Source: Calditrichia bacterium (lineage in GTDB: Bacteria; Calditrichota; Calditrichia; JAJRVZ01). Taken from it: DNA of 64,000 nucleotides. Made by a program: the position numbers and the translations under genes. This document shows, piece by piece, positions 31,130 to 43,371 of this stretch (the stretch's first letter is position 1; every line of letters begins with the position of its first letter). The stretch covers positions 32,001 to 96,000 of the forward strand of contig CAWCNS010000008.1 in assembly GCA_963796965.1 (NCBI GenBank). The letters are read 5' to 3'. The notes beneath the pieces are model-generated. The model saw only the letters and a list, made by a program, of their open reading frames with translations. It was not told the DNA's origin and did no database searches.

Positions 31130-33733
31130 TTATTGGCATAACTTTCTTATCTCTTCCGTAGCTGATTCACTTTTGATGTCAAATTCCTTCTCAACTCCGG
31201 CAACAATACAACGATTCACCATAATACCACCCATTTTTACAGTTAAATACGGTTTACCGTTTTCAAGTCCAACAGTACCAAACCCGGTTTCCGTAGATAA
31301 AAAACTCCTGAAATCGTTCCCGATTTTTGAATCAATATATAATATTTTCTCCACTGCATCATAGCGTACACCGGTCAGTCCCTGAATAAGGCCATAGCTC
31401 GGACATGGCACGTGCATACCAATGCCCGCATTCGTATTCATTAAAGGGATTGCGAATGCGACCATCATATCTTTCCCGGCAGGTACGGACAATTTCCAGA
31501 CCTTCTTCAACCAGACCTTCAAGCATGAGATGAGAGGCGACCTGATATTCAATACCAGTCCAGACCTCGTTACTATAGACAAAAGGAAGAGATAACTTTC
31601 CGCCCTTGGGCCAGGTGCACAAGAGCAGCCCGCCCTCTTTCCCCAGGGCATAGGACGGCCTTTGAGGATTCACATGATTTGTCAGGTCGTGTTTGAGGTT
31701 ATACTTATGAATGGAAAAAAGATGGCTTTTCACTTTCTTCGGATTGATAATTTCTCCCAGACCACTCATTTGCGCGATCCAAAAGCCCAACACGCCATCG
31801 GATAAACATCCCCGACCATATTGGTATTTGGGCCCTTCCTTTTTAAGAAGTTCTAATGCTTCTGACGTGTAATTACTATTCCAGTGATTTTCTGCGGCTT
31901 GAACCGGATCTTTCGCATTTAAACCTTTCCATTGTATTTTCTGGATAAAGTATTCACCATCATACAACTCGCTTTCCATATAGTGACGTCCATTTTTCAA
32001 CAGCACCTCATACTCAGAAATATCTTCTCCTAACGCCGTCCCCATTTCAATCATTGCCGTCAGAGCACCAAGGTAAAAACTGGTTAGATGTCCATTGGGC
32101 CCCCAGTATTCAATATCGTAGGTATTATGATGCGGTTCTTCAAGAACACCCTTTCCCCGGGGATCCCAGGTAGTGATAGCATAGTCCATACTCATTTTAA
32201 TTTGCAGCCATAAAGAGTTTAACCAATCCAGGTTTCCATATATCCGCCAATCCCGGTACATTTTCATGATGCCGCCAAGCTCGACCATCTGCTGCTGCAT
32301 GAAAACCATGTGTCGTGGGACGAATGGGCAAGGCGCTCCGAAAAGTCTGGTGACCTTTCTCATCCTGGCTGACCAGGAATTCCGTTTCACGCAGACTACG
32401 TTCAAGTTTTGGAAAGAGATGCGCGATTGCCTGGGCATAATTCCAAACATGGGTACAGGATCCGGCGCAACACCCGCTATTATCATTACAGCCCTCCCAG
32501 CACCACAGCCGGCCATCGCTCTGTCTCATCACGGTTGGAGATTTTAAGATAGTAAGATTAGCCTGCTACTGCTTCAGTAACTTCAGCCGGAAGATTTGTA
32601 TCATAAAAGGTTTTACTAAACACTTTTGATTTTTGCTGTAATTCATCATAGTTCCCAGTCCAGTAATCAATTACCTCCTCAATATTTTTAAACTTACCGG
32701 CATACCAGGGGACATAGGTTTTCGTAACACAGCAAGCACCATTTGATGTATTTTTTACATCCTGACCCGTTTTTATATCTGTATGTGGTACATACCAGGA
32801 AAACATAAGCCGGATCGTCTTTTCTTTACCCGGTTCTAAAGAAAAAGGTAGAGAGAGAGATGCACCGGGGCTGGATTCATTTATGGGGGCTCTGGCAGGT
32901 AACCGGCCCTCTTCAATATTCTTCCAGGTCATTGTTACCGGATCCCACCAGCCACCACGAAACCAACAATGATTGACGACCACATTATTATCATTCACAT
33001 AAACAGCGAAAGCGCCCTCCCGTTCGGGATGCTCTTTTGTTCCTTTTTGCCATAATTTGAATCCATTTTTTGCTTTACCAATGCCATCTTTTTGCGAACT
33101 TCTGAAATGCGTATTATCATCTGTTTTAATAAAGTTTTTTGTATTATAGGAAAAGACAGCCTCAACAGGTTTGCCACTTTCATTCTTAAAATGATATTCT
33201 AATGCTCCAAGAGGCAGACTGGAATTGTCTTCATCACCGGGAATAAAAGGAGACCAACCGACAATTTTGACTTGCAAGGGTATTTCAGGATCGGCCAGGG
33301 ACACCGTACCGAAAGGAAATCTTGCCAAAAATTCAGAATTATCAAATCGTGGCAAACCATAACTACTTCTATCGGCACCTCTTCCAGTCCGCGGCATTCC
33401 AAATTTTTTCCAATCAGGGACGGGACCCTCCAATACCTTTGCTACGTTTTTGTCACCTTTAATGCAGAGAGCGGCAAAGCTATAGGGTTCATGGAAGAAA
33501 TCCATTTTGTTGCGCACGGAAACATGGGAGATCGAACCCGTACCTTCCAGACAGATCATCCCCGCACCGATACCACCGATGGGGAACGCCACTTTATCCA
33601 GGTAGTCACCGGAATAGGAACCATTAAATGGTCTTTTTTCAGCCTTTGAATCTGAATAATTTTCATGATCAGAGCATGAATTTAAAATAAAAGATAACAG
33701 GACACTAAAAAGCAACGATGGTATAACTTTCAT
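31130..33733 (-). CDS. Glycoside hydrolase family 116 (GBA2-like), frameshifted
   Basis: VAFPIGGIGAG; WSPFIPGD; WEGC....CC.GSCTHVWNYAQ; HHNTYDIE; GCLSDG; YSNEVWTGIEY; RNPFNEYECGHWYARAMS; four ORF pieces. Confidence 0.9.
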
Positions 33734-33962
33734 AATTTCATTCCCTTCCTATGAGACATATTAAACATTATTAATGAAGTATGGGATTTATTATGTGATC
33801 TTTTTTACAAAGTATTGTAAATAGGTATTTTTCTTTTAGATAAAATTTGTGTACCTCAATACCACCGATTGTGGTCACTGATAAAAAACATTTACGATTA
33901 TTATTTATAAGTATAAATTGTCTGTTATCTAATAGACCGTTTAATTGTTTATCTCAATGAAC

Positions 33963-34032
33963 ACCACAAAAAACACGAAGTATTCTTTATAATTTTTTTC
34001 GTGCTCTTCGTGCTCTTCGCGAACTTCGTGGT
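33963..34032. repeat. Paired inverted 9-mer-period arrays
   Basis: CACAAAAAACACGAAG ... AT spacer ... TTCGTGCTCTTCGTGCTCTTCGCGAACTTCGTGG. Confidence 0.7.
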
Positions 34033-34090
34033 AGAGTTCTTTTTACACTTTCCTGATCCCGTCGTTACCGGTTAAGGTCTAAACGGATTC

Positions 34091-35299
34091 TTAGGGTTCT
34101 GGTGCGGTTGTCATATCCACCACGATTGAACCATCCTTCTTCCCTATCCAAACAGTTCTGGGGAGATTTCCATCAACAGACACCTCGTATCGACCGAAGA
34201 ATACTTCTGCTTTAAAGGTTCCGTTCTCATCCACCTCGCCCACCCGGGAGGTCCACCATTGGTTGTAAACCAGATCCCGGTAGGCTTTAGCCGCCTTGGT
34301 GGGACGCCAATCCTTCCTCCAAAGTGCAGCGTCCGGACGCCAGTGGCTGCCTTCCCAAAATCCCCACATCAAAATCCCTTCCACAGCGGGATGGGCAAAA
34401 GCCGTTGTATAAAGATCCACTAATCCCTTTGCTTTGACATCCTCATCTTTGGTATTTATATCGAACTCTGTAATCTTGATTGGTAGATTGAATTTGGCCA
34501 GTCGATCTAAAACCAGTTTAACTTGCGCAGGGTCTACACCTTTATTTCCAAAATGTCCCTGGAGACCAATGCCATCAATCCGAACACCCCTATTTATAAA
34601 ATCTGCAATCTGTTTTTCGTAAGCATCGAGGTCTCCCCCACCCAGAATACCATAGTCATTTACATATAAGAGGGCATCCGGATCTGTCTGCCGGCACCAA
34701 TCGAACATCCCGGGACGTATGGTATCCCCCAAACGTTTTTTGTAATAATCCCCATGGAGCATTTCGTTGTTCACATCATATTCCGGGATCCTTCCTTTGT
34801 ATTTACCCAGGACATCAATGGCCCGTCTTTCCACGGCAACACGCAGGGAATCGTCATCCAATTCCTTTAGCCATGGCTGAACATATTTATCCACACACCA
34901 AAAAACACAATGCCCCCGCAGACGCAGGCCATTATCCTCACACCATTTGAGCATGACATCTGCATTGTTATAGGTAAGTTTGTCTTTGGATTTCTCAGTG
35001 GAATACCACTTGAGAGCATTTTCATGGACGGCCGAGTTAAAATTGGCCTTCACAGTCGAAAGGTATGTCTGTTTATCTGCCGGGTTTACTTTACCCATAA
35101 AGACATTCTGTGAAAGCGCCGTACCAAACCAGAAGGCATGCGCCACCTGCTTGATTTTGACTTTCGCACCCGGGTTCGATTTGACAATAAGCATTCCCTT
35201 GCGGTGTTTCAGGGCCTTATCAGACACGACCTCGTTTCCGGGAAGGGCCTGTCCGGTAAGGAAGATAGTGATTAAAATTAATAGTATGTATTTTCGCAT
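34091..35299 (-). CDS. Glycoside hydrolase family 10 (endo-1,4-beta-xylanase-like)
   Basis: ENALKW; LRGHCVFW; YDVNNE (acid/base); LYVNDY; GIGLQGH; ITEFD (nucleophile); WGFWE. Confidence 0.92.
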   Translation of the reverse strand: MRKYILLILITIFLTGQALPGNEVVSDKALKHRKGMLIVKSNPGAKVKIKQVAHAFWFGTALSQNVFMGKVNPADKQTYLSTVKANFNSAVHENALKWYSTEKSKDKLTYNNADVMLKWCEDNGLRLRGHCVFWCVDKYVQPWLKELDDDSLRVAVERRAIDVLGKYKGRIPEYDVNNEMLHGDYYKKRLGDTIRPGMFDWCRQTDPDALLYVNDYGILGGGDLDAYEKQIADFINRGVRIDGIGLQGHFGNKGVDPAQVKLVLDRLAKFNLPIKITEFDINTKDEDVKAKGLVDLYTTAFAHPAVEGILMWGFWEGSHWRPDAALWRKDWRPTKAAKAYRDLVYNQWWTSRVGEVDENGTFKAEVFFGRYEVSVDGNLPRTVWIGKKDGSIVVDMTTAPEP

Positions 35300-35378
35300 T
35301 AATTTTCCTTTTTGATAGTGACGAAAAGATGATCTTTATATACTCCGGGGCAGTATCTGATTTGGTTTATGCCCGCAT

Positions 35379-36218
35379 TTACGATTTTTTTGCAACAACT
35401 GCCATTTCAGTTGCATCAGATTTGAAAGGAGTACCTGATACATCCGAGTAGAACTCTTCTATTTTTAAACCGTTTTCTTCAAATTCATTTCTTATTGAAT
35501 CTTTGCTGTAACATTGTAGCCAGTTATAGACGACACGTTTTCTTGATTCTTCAATGATGGTATACTTATCAAGTGTGACTTTCTCTTTCTCATATTTAAA
35601 TGCGTTGACAAAGCAATAATAATCCTCAGGAGACCAAAACCCGTTTAATTGATTAAGTTCATAACTTGCGGATTCTTCTTTTTGATTGAAACTGTTTAAG
35701 GAATAGACATCAAGGAGTATGGAACCGTTCGGATTTAATAATGAATTGAATTTTGTGAGCATTACTTTTCTTTGTTCAGGACTTAATGCACAAAAATCAC
35801 ACATAATCATTATAATAAGATCAAATCTATTTATTGTTTCAAAATCCAGATAGTTTAAATGAACATAATTAATTGTTAAACCTCTTTCACCAGCCACCTT
35901 TTTTGCATAAGTCAGCGAATTGTCTGAGAAATCAATGCCAGTTACCCCTGCCCCCCGTTCCGCCAGCCTGGTTGCGTATAGCCCCGGTCCACAGCCAAAA
36001 TCTGCAACTTCACTATGTTTATCCACCTCAAAGTGGGAGACAATCCACTCCACAGAGCGCTCTATAAAGTTCTTATTTCGTGATGAAGCATCGATGTGCT
36101 CATTTAAGTGGTAGGCAAGCATTTGTTTTGATGTATGCTTATTGGTCCACAACTCATCTGCAGTGTAAAATTCAAAGGGTGCAGGGCGTGAATTAATTTC
36201 TTTTAGATCCTTAAACAA
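35379..36218 (-). CDS. Class I SAM-dependent methyltransferase
   Basis: DFGCGPGLY; VTGIDFS; FDLIIMIMCDFCAL; TTG start with AGGAG RBS. Confidence 0.9.
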   Translation of the reverse strand: MFKDLKEINSRPAPFEFYTADELWTNKHTSKQMLAYHLNEHIDASSRNKNFIERSVEWIVSHFEVDKHSEVADFGCGPGLYATRLAERGAGVTGIDFSDNSLTYAKKVAGERGLTINYVHLNYLDFETINRFDLIIMIMCDFCALSPEQRKVMLTKFNSLLNPNGSILLDVYSLNSFNQKEESASYELNQLNGFWSPEDYYCFVNAFKYEKEKVTLDKYTIIEESRKRVVYNWLQCYSKDSIRNEFEENGLKIEEFYSDVSGTPFKSDATEMAVVAKKS

Positions 36219-36237
36219 AATATCTCCTTAGTAAATT

Positions 36238-36513
36238 TTAACCATTATTCCTTAAAGATACCTTAACCTTAATGGGTCTGTTACTGATTCTTTTAGGCCA
36301 AAGACTTTCACAGACATATTTTAAAATAATAGTGGCAGCGAGAAACGCAATGGCTTCAACCACTTTAAACGAGAATCCGGGTGGTCTAAGCCAAAATGGA
36401 AGTGTTGTACCCACAAAAGCAGGAAGTACAGAGGCTGTCCAGTAGCGGGTACCGGCATTCTGCAAAAAACTGGAAAATGTCTTGTTCCATAGCCCACTCT
36501 TTATAGTATGCAT
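36238..36513 (-). pseudogene. 5' fragment of a UbiA/MenA-like prenyltransferase
   Basis: TRYWTASVLPAFVGTTLPFW resembles the MenA N-terminal R..T..AS..P..VG motif; sequence degenerates after about 60 codons and no ND..D motif follows. Confidence 0.5.
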
Positions 36514-36540
36514 CAGATGAACACATACCAGTTTATTTAG

Positions 36541-36585
36541 ACATGATAATCCCGACAAAACCGGGATCCAAAAGACGGACAGGAT
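36541..36585. repeat. Dispersed repeat; halves recur at 8256-8273 and, inverted, at 4654-4678
   Basis: ACATGATAATCCCGACAA is identical at 8256-8273; CCGGGATCCAAAAGACGGACAGGAT matches 4654-4678 inverted at 24/25. Confidence 0.8.
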
Positions 36586-36657
36586 TTGCTGGTACTCCCC
36601 TGCTTTTATTCTGTACAGGTAGGTACCGGATGGCAGATTTTGTCCCTTGGTGGGTTA

Positions 36658-38143
36658 TCAATTTTTTGTCCAATCCGGCTCGCGGTGTAATGTAAACGTT
36701 TTGATGGCCGGACATGCTGCAGATTTGGTTATCCGTAACCGTATTTTGCTTGCTGTCATGTTATCGGTCCTGACCAGCCGCCGGCTGCCGATGGCCGTAC
36801 CCTTTGCAAATTCAACCCATTTACCTAAAATCCAGGCATCGAGGGCCCAATCATCTATCCTCAGGCCAAGGGGCAGATATTCACGCATATTCACAACGTT
36901 GAATTCAATCTCTTCACCCATATCAAGTACGATCTCTGGCGTGAGTTCCTTATCATCTGTACACCAATAGGAATCACGCTTGCCATCCAATACGTTTGTT
37001 GCCGCATAAGTTTGGCTGTTCCCACGTGTATTGCTGGCCATAACGGTTGCATCGAAAGCAAGGTTGGTTGAGAACGTCTCCTTTTGCCAGTCACCGAACT
37101 TCTTTAAAGACGTCACATCATTTTCATGGAGCTGGCCCCGGCGATCCGGAGGAAGGCCCAGGTTAAGAGAAGCCCCCCTGCCCACACTCTGGAAATAAAG
37201 GTTGATGAGATTCTGTGCCGAACGGACCTGGTCATTCTGCTCAGGATGATAATACCATCCCGGCCGGATCGAGACATCGGCCTCGGCAGGGACCCATTGT
37301 GCGCCGTCTCGTGTCCCGGATCCCAGCAAGGTTTGGGGTATGCCCATACCCGGTCCTGCCGTTTTGCCATCCACTAAAGGGAAGGTGATCGTTGCCCAGC
37401 AGGGATCATTGGCATAGCCTTTTTCATTTCCCACCCAGCGGCATCCGGGCCCCACATCGCTGAAAATCACCGCCTCTGGCTGCAGATTGTTCATCATTTT
37501 AAAAATCTCCGGCCAGCCGTAGTAGGTTGCCCGATCAATGTTGCGTTTTCCTTTGGCACCCCCATACCAACCGGTTCCGCCGTTTGCGCCGTCCACCCAT
37601 AACTCAAAAAGGTCGCCATAGTTGCTCATCAGACTCCCGCCATTGTTCTTTATAGACCTCCACGTAGGCCGGCCGGCCGTATTCCGGATGGTTCCGGTCC
37701 CAGGGAGAGAGGTAGGCGCCAAACCGGAGCCCTTGCTTCCGTGTCGCATTGGCCAACTCTTTTACAATATCACCCTGCCCGTTTTTCCAGGGGCTGTTTT
37801 TGATTGAATATTCCGTGGTCATAGTCGGCCAGAGGCAGAGCCCGCCATGGTGTTTACAAACCAGAATCAGCCCATTCAGGCCGCCGTCTTTTGCTGCTTT
37901 GGCAATCTGGTCCGCATCAAAATCGGTTGGATTAAACAGAGCTGGGGGCTTATCCCCGAAGGCCCATTCCTCGTTTGTAAATGTGGGCATATTGAAGCAG
38001 ACAAGCCCGTAGACCTCCATCTCATGCCAGGCGAGTTGGGCGTTTGTCGGAAGGGGGCCATAGGGTTCAGGCGGCCCGACGGTACACGCGTATAATGAAA
38101 ATAATGATAGTAAACCGATACAGATATTTTTTCTCATGATCAT
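36658..38143 (-). CDS. Alpha-L-fucosidase GH29 with C-terminal F5/8-type domain, frameshifted
   Basis: FNPTDFDADQ; KHHGGLCLWPT; YLSPWDRN; ELWVDGANGG (nucleophile D); RWVGNE.G; EADVSIRPGWYYH; break near 37630. Confidence 0.9.
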
Positions 38144-38366
38144 GCCTTACCAGGAGTATGTGTAACAATGAAAGTTACGATTAGAAGCCGACGATTTTAT
38201 TATATCTCAATGTGACGTAAAAATCAAAATTTAAAAGAATGGAAATATTCCTGGTCAAACCTATACTCTTTATCATACCTCTGCAATGAGTAGCCCGATT
38301 GGATTATCAAATAAGAACCTTTAAATTGTTTCAGCAGGGTTGTCTGGTTTGAGTCGGTTTCTTTTG

Positions 38367-39815
38367 TCAGTTCGGTATTGCAGCGCTCCAGCCTTCCTGC
38401 AATTGGATCTTCAACGTTTCAAAATCAACATTATATTTAGGATTATCTGCAACATTTAGATCCTCACCGGGGTCATTCATGTGGTCAAATAATTCAAAAC
38501 GCTTATTGATGTGTTTGATTAATCTGTAACGGCTGGTACGTATGGTTCGAGCCCCATCGATCTCACTGAAAACGGCTTTTTTCCAGGATCGCTGAGGATC
38601 TTCAATCAGGGGGACAAAACTCGTTCCTTCCAAATAGGCAGGCGCCTTTATCTTTGCTAACGAGCATAAGGAAGGGTAAATGTCAACAAGTTCAACCAAT
38701 GCCGAAGTGCTTTGACCTTTCTGCATCCATGGAACAGAAATCATCATTGCTGTGCGCGTGCTGGTCTCGACATTGATGTGTTTACACCACCAGCCATGTT
38801 CACCAAGATTCCAACCATGATCGCCCCATAATACGATTATTGTTTCTTTCTCTAAACGAAGCCGTTTCAACTCCGCTAATACCTTTCCTATCTGCGCGTC
38901 AGTAAAACTGACACTGGCATAATACCCATGAATCAGCTCCCGAGCCTTTTCTTTTGATACTGGTCCCTTATTAGGAATATCTCCATAGCGCCGTAATTCA
39001 TCCCATCCGTTACGGGTAATTCCATTTTTTACGGGCTGAGGATTCAATGGAAGATTGATGTCCTCCCGTCTGTAAAGATCCCAATATTTCTTTGGTGGCG
39101 TAAAGGGGAGATGAGGGCGATAGAATCCTGCAGCAAGGAAAAATGGATTATCATCATTCTTCAGTTTTCTTAACTCTTCTATTGTACGGATTGCGATCAG
39201 TCCATCAGGATGTACTTCGTCAGGGGTATCTGACACCTCGCAGGAATTGGGGCGAGGGAGGTTTGCATCCGTTATTTCTTTGAAATAGTTTTCAAGTACA
39301 CTTCGGTTAGATGATAATTGATATCCTGAACAGTATCCGTGACAAAACTTACCCTCAGAAAATGTGTCTTTATGCCGTCTTGTCCATCCCGTCGAATCGT
39401 CGTTGTTCCTGTGGTAGATTTTACCAATGGATATGGTCGTGTAACCTTCGTCCTTGAGAAGTTGTGGTAATGATACGGTTCCGTTAGGAAGTGCCTTCGA
39501 AGAAAATCGATCGGAAAATCCAAAACTTTCTGGCCTGTACCCGGAAAGAACACTTACCCGCGAAGGCATACACACGGCGGTCTGGCAATAGGCTCGCTCA
39601 AACAGCAATCCTTGCTCTGCCAGCCCATCCATATTCGGAGACTTAATTTGTTTATTGCCATAACACCCCAATTCAGGGCGCAGATCATCAACGGCAATAA
39701 ATAAGATATTAGGACGTTTGCTGGATTTATCTGCAGCAATCAAACATTGATGGCTTATAATCGACAGTAAGGAAACTATAATGATGTAGTATTTAGTTAT
39801 GGTTGATGTTCTCAT
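38367..39815 (-). CDS. Sulfatase (iduronate/choline sulfatase-like, S1 family)
   Basis: RPNILFIAVDDLR; CMPSR (CxPxR formylglycine motif); GKIYH; GFYRPHLP; WGDHGWNLGEH. Confidence 0.93.
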   Translation of the reverse strand: MRTSTITKYYIIIVSLLSIISHQCLIAADKSSKRPNILFIAVDDLRPELGCYGNKQIKSPNMDGLAEQGLLFERAYCQTAVCMPSRVSVLSGYRPESFGFSDRFSSKALPNGTVSLPQLLKDEGYTTISIGKIYHRNNDDSTGWTRRHKDTFSEGKFCHGYCSGYQLSSNRSVLENYFKEITDANLPRPNSCEVSDTPDEVHPDGLIAIRTIEELRKLKNDDNPFFLAAGFYRPHLPFTPPKKYWDLYRREDINLPLNPQPVKNGITRNGWDELRRYGDIPNKGPVSKEKARELIHGYYASVSFTDAQIGKVLAELKRLRLEKETIIVLWGDHGWNLGEHGWWCKHINVETSTRTAMMISVPWMQKGQSTSALVELVDIYPSLCSLAKIKAPAYLEGTSFVPLIEDPQRSWKKAVFSEIDGARTIRTSRYRLIKHINKRFELFDHMNDPGEDLNVADNPKYNVDFETLKIQLQEGWSAAIPN

Positions 39816-40280
39816 AATGATTTTCCTTTTCCGACCGATTTAGAATGGGCCAAACGGTAGGTAAAATAACCATTGGTCTCTGATTTAAATTGGGGCAGCG
39901 AGTTAAATGTACCTGGGGTGTTTTTATCCTGTGCCTCAAATTAAGCACGATGAATAAGAACAGTATCCCGGAAAAAACTTGTTTTATCATGATTTTCTTG
40001 AAAAGTCTTTTATAATTTAAGCAATAAAATTTAGATTTTTTATAGACATCTGATTATTTTAATATTACTGACTGTAATACAATGGGTGAATTCAGCCACA
40101 CCAAAGATTTCTCATGATTTATATTAAATTTGCACGATGCCCATTATCAGGAAACCGAATCCGAACATGCACACGTTTGGTTTTGGCTAAAGCGATTTGT
40201 TATGCTTTAATTTTACCTAATTAGTGATGTATTCTTCCTTGTCCTCAGGACGGAGATCGTCGACCAGCGACGCCAACGGC

Positions 40281-41752
40281 CTATTCTGGTGGGGTTGGAT
40301 CTTCGGCTACTTGCCCGGCAAGGCCGCCGGGACCACGGACTCGCAGACCCAATACTCGATTGCCGGCGCCACTCCGGGGGGACGAAATGTCTGAGCCAAC
40401 GACCACGACGAGGTCAGAGTCAGGCACGACCACGATAAACTGACCTCCATAGCCCTTGCCCATGAATGCCGGGTGGCCGTCGATGCTCCTCCTCCACCAA
40501 CCGTAGCCGTAACTCCCTACGAATGGCTGACCCTCGCTATGGTAAGCAATGCACTCATGTACCCATTCCACAGGAATGATCTCTGCCCATCCCACACGCC
40601 CTGGCTCAACAGAAGCAGGCCAACGCGCGCCATGTCACGCGCAGTCATGAGGATCTCCGCGCCCCCTATGTGCACGCCGCTCGTGCTCTGCCACCAGTCG
40701 CTGATTTCCAGGCCGATCGGATCGAATACATGCCGCTCGGCAAAAGCGCGCGTCGTCGTTCCGGTCTGCAACGCGAGGATCTCTGACACAAGTGTGTCGA
40801 GGCGGTGGAGTAGTTGAAGCACTCGCCAGGTGTGCAATCGAGCGGAAGCGATAGATAGTAACCGCTTGAATGTCCGCGCCGGCCCACTCGCCTGTCGGCG
40901 CTCCGTTTTCGATCCAGTGTAGCCCGCTCGTCATGTCCAAAAGATGATGCAGGCGAATCTCCTTCTTCTTCTTGTCTCCCTCTTCCTCGAAGTACTGCGG
41001 GACGAGTGCAGCCACTTTCTGATCCGGCGCTGCAATATGGCCCTCTCGGATGGCAACACCGACGAGAGCAGTGATAATCCCTTTCGATACCGACTTGATG
41101 TTGATCGGCTCCGTTACGCTGCCGCCATGGAAGTACTCTCGTAGACCAGGAGTCCTCCTCGCGCAATCAGGAGTGCGTGCACCCCGGGAATCTCTCCCGG
41201 ATCATTTCAGAAGCTGCCGATAGCGCCTGGGTGTCGAGGCCGGCGCTGGCGTGCTGATGGTCTTCCAATCCTCCGTGGGCCAGTGTGGGCGATGGTTATC
41301 GGGCCAGTCCCAGGTCTCGCCCCCCCGAGCCCAGGCTGGAAGTGATTCGAACGGCACGGCCTTCAAGCTGAAGGTTCCCCGAATCCCCGTGTCCCCGGTG
41401 TAGACCGCCTCGCCACTAAGGTCTGTCTGCGACACGCGACCTTCAAAGCGCAGTGATTCTCCTCCGGAGAGCGGCAGTAGAGAACGAAACCAACCCGCCG
41501 TCCACGCGGATGTCGGCGACTTCGATGTCGGGCGACAGGGAGGCGATGATGTCCATATCTCCGCGAAGTTCGCCGTCCGTGTGATCGAAGGTGACGGCGA
41601 ACGGGAATTCCACATTTTGCACCTCAAGAGTGCCCATCCAGGTCCCCTCCAGCAATGGTATGGAGTGATTAGTCTGAGACGACGAGAAGAGGCATTGGGC
41701 ATCAGCTGCTTACCAGCAGCGCGATTAGAAACAGTGCAACTCTGTTTTTCAT
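40281..41752 (-). pseudogene. High-GC serine hydrolase (beta-lactamase family) gene with many frameshifts
   Basis: MKNRVALFLIALL signal start; HWPTEDW; NIKSVSKG (SxxK); LHHLLDMTSGL; FNYST; MTARDMARVG; YGYGWW; KGYGGQF spread over different frames. GC is visibly higher than the flanks. Confidence 0.75.
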
Positions 41753-41883
41753 GGTTTCGACTCCTTACACAGGTGGACATGCATCAATAATCTCTTTATT
41801 GTGAGATTTATTGATCTTACCAGCGATGAAACTGAGAAGTAGTTCGGCAACCGGTACAGCGATTTGCCAGGTAGTAATTTTTT

Positions 41884-42896
41884 TCAAAACCCTTCAAGTA
41901 CAATCTTGCCTCGCGCGGAACCACTTTCAATCTGCGCATGCACGTCACGGAGCGTCGCAGCATCGATCTTGCCGGCAACCTCAGTGGCCGTGGAGCGGAT
42001 GCGGCCCGCATCGACTAAGGCAGTTACTTCGTTCAATAGTTTGCCCTGTTCCGCCATATCCGGTGTCTCAAAGAGCGGGCGGGTGAACATCAATTCCCAA
42101 TGAAGTGACACCGCTTTGAGCCTAACGGCATGGCGTTGAGCTCTGCCGGGTCATCGATCAGGCCAAAGCGGCCCTGCGGTGCAATTAAGGCGACAATATC
42201 AGCGAAATGCTGGTCAGTCTGAGTGGTTGAGAACACAAAACCGGGAGCGCCGAGACCCAGAGCCTCAACCTGGGGGGCCAAAGACTGGCGGTGGTCGATT
42301 ACATGATGGGCTCCGCATTCGCGTACCCAATCCTGCGTTTCAGGACGCGAGGCGGTGGCAATAACCGTCATATCGGTTAATGCCCGCAGAAGTTGAATGG
42401 TGATCGAGCCGACGCCGCCTGCACCGCCAATGACCAAAATGGTATTTCCTCCCTCCGGTGTTGGGCGTTTGACATCGAGCCGGTCAAATAGCATTTCCCA
42501 GGCGGTGATCGCAGTGAGTGGAAGTGCTGCAGCCTCAGCATCACTCAGATTAGCGGGTTTGCGGCCTACGATGCGTTCATCGACAAGGTGATATTCGCTG
42601 TTGGTGCCAGGTCGGGCGATGGAGCCGGCGTAAAAAACCGCATCGCCTGGATTGAAATTCCGTACCTCAGGCCCAACAGCCTCAACAACACCGGAGGCAT
42701 CAAATCCAAGGACACGCCAGTCACCTCCCTCGGGCTCCCTGGCGCGGCGTAATTTTGTGTCTACAGGGTTAACCGATACAGCGATAATCCTAACCAACAA
42801 ATCGCGGCCTTCGGCTTCGGGTTTTTCAATATTAATGTCCTGCAAGGCATCCTCACGGTCAATGGGACCCGGGGTTTTGTAGCCAACTGCTTTCAT
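41884..42896 (-). CDS. Zinc-binding alcohol dehydrogenase-family (MDR) protein, frameshift near 42115
   Basis: AVSVNPVDTK; LGFDASG; YAGSIARPGTNSE; IGGAGGVGS; SLHWELMFTR; GKIVLEGF. Confidence 0.9.
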
Positions 42897-42945
42897 TGTT
42901 TATCTCCAGTTTTATTGTTATTTTAAATTGTTTTTCTATGCAAGG

Positions 42946-43063
42946 TGCCTATATGAACTGTAGCGGATTAATCCGCACCTGCGTTTCAATTTACATAAAA
43001 ACCAAAAAAAGCACAGTATTTAAATTCTGTGCTTTCTCCGCTATTTTTTATCCAAGGTTAGCA
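42946..43063 (-). other. Degenerate attC-like site
   Basis: TGCTAAC on the minus strand just after the 43075 stop; TAGCGGA/TCCGCTA and AAAGCACAG/CTGTGCTTT nested stems; distal end degenerate. Confidence 0.45.
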
Positions 43064-43074
43064 ACGGGCTTTTT

Positions 43075-43371
43075 CTAACCTATTTGGGTCATTTCATTTA
43101 AAATAAATTCTTCCACAGCATTTTCTGTTGCTTTCACATATTCAGCCAAATGCGCATTATTCATATGCTTTTGCCATAGGTCTCTATTCGTCCAATTTTC
43201 ATAAAACAGAAACAGGTTTGGATTTTCATTATCCTGATGTAAATCATAACATATACATCCTTCTTCTGCTCTTGTAACGTCAATTAGTTTTAACAATTCG
43301 TTTTTTACCAATTCTCTTTTTTCTTCTTTTGCTAAGATTTTCACTAGGATGGTTAATTTCCTATCAGGCAT
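43075..43371 (-). CDS. Putative quinol monooxygenase (ABM domain)
   Basis: TRAEEGCICYDLHQD..NPNLFLFYENW...H...H; AGGAG RBS before MPDRKLT. Confidence 0.88.
   Translation of the reverse strand: MPDRKLTILVKILAKEEKRELVKNELLKLIDVTRAEEGCICYDLHQDNENPNLFLFYENWTNRDLWQKHMNNAHLAEYVKATENAVEEFILNEMTQIG

Noticed and set aside
13449..38143. Programmed frameshifting or phase variation in GH97, GH116 and GH29
   Set aside because: Breaks occur in many unrelated genes without shared slippery sites or long repeats; sequencing error is more parsimonious.
31130..39815. Classical polysaccharide utilisation locus
   Set aside because: No SusC/SusD pair, TonB receptor or dedicated regulator; the CAZymes are interleaved with unrelated genes and repeats.
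39793..39990. 65-aa ORF upstream of the sulfatase
   Set aside because: Has a signal-like start but no recognisable domain and overlaps the sulfatase start; at best a gene remnant.
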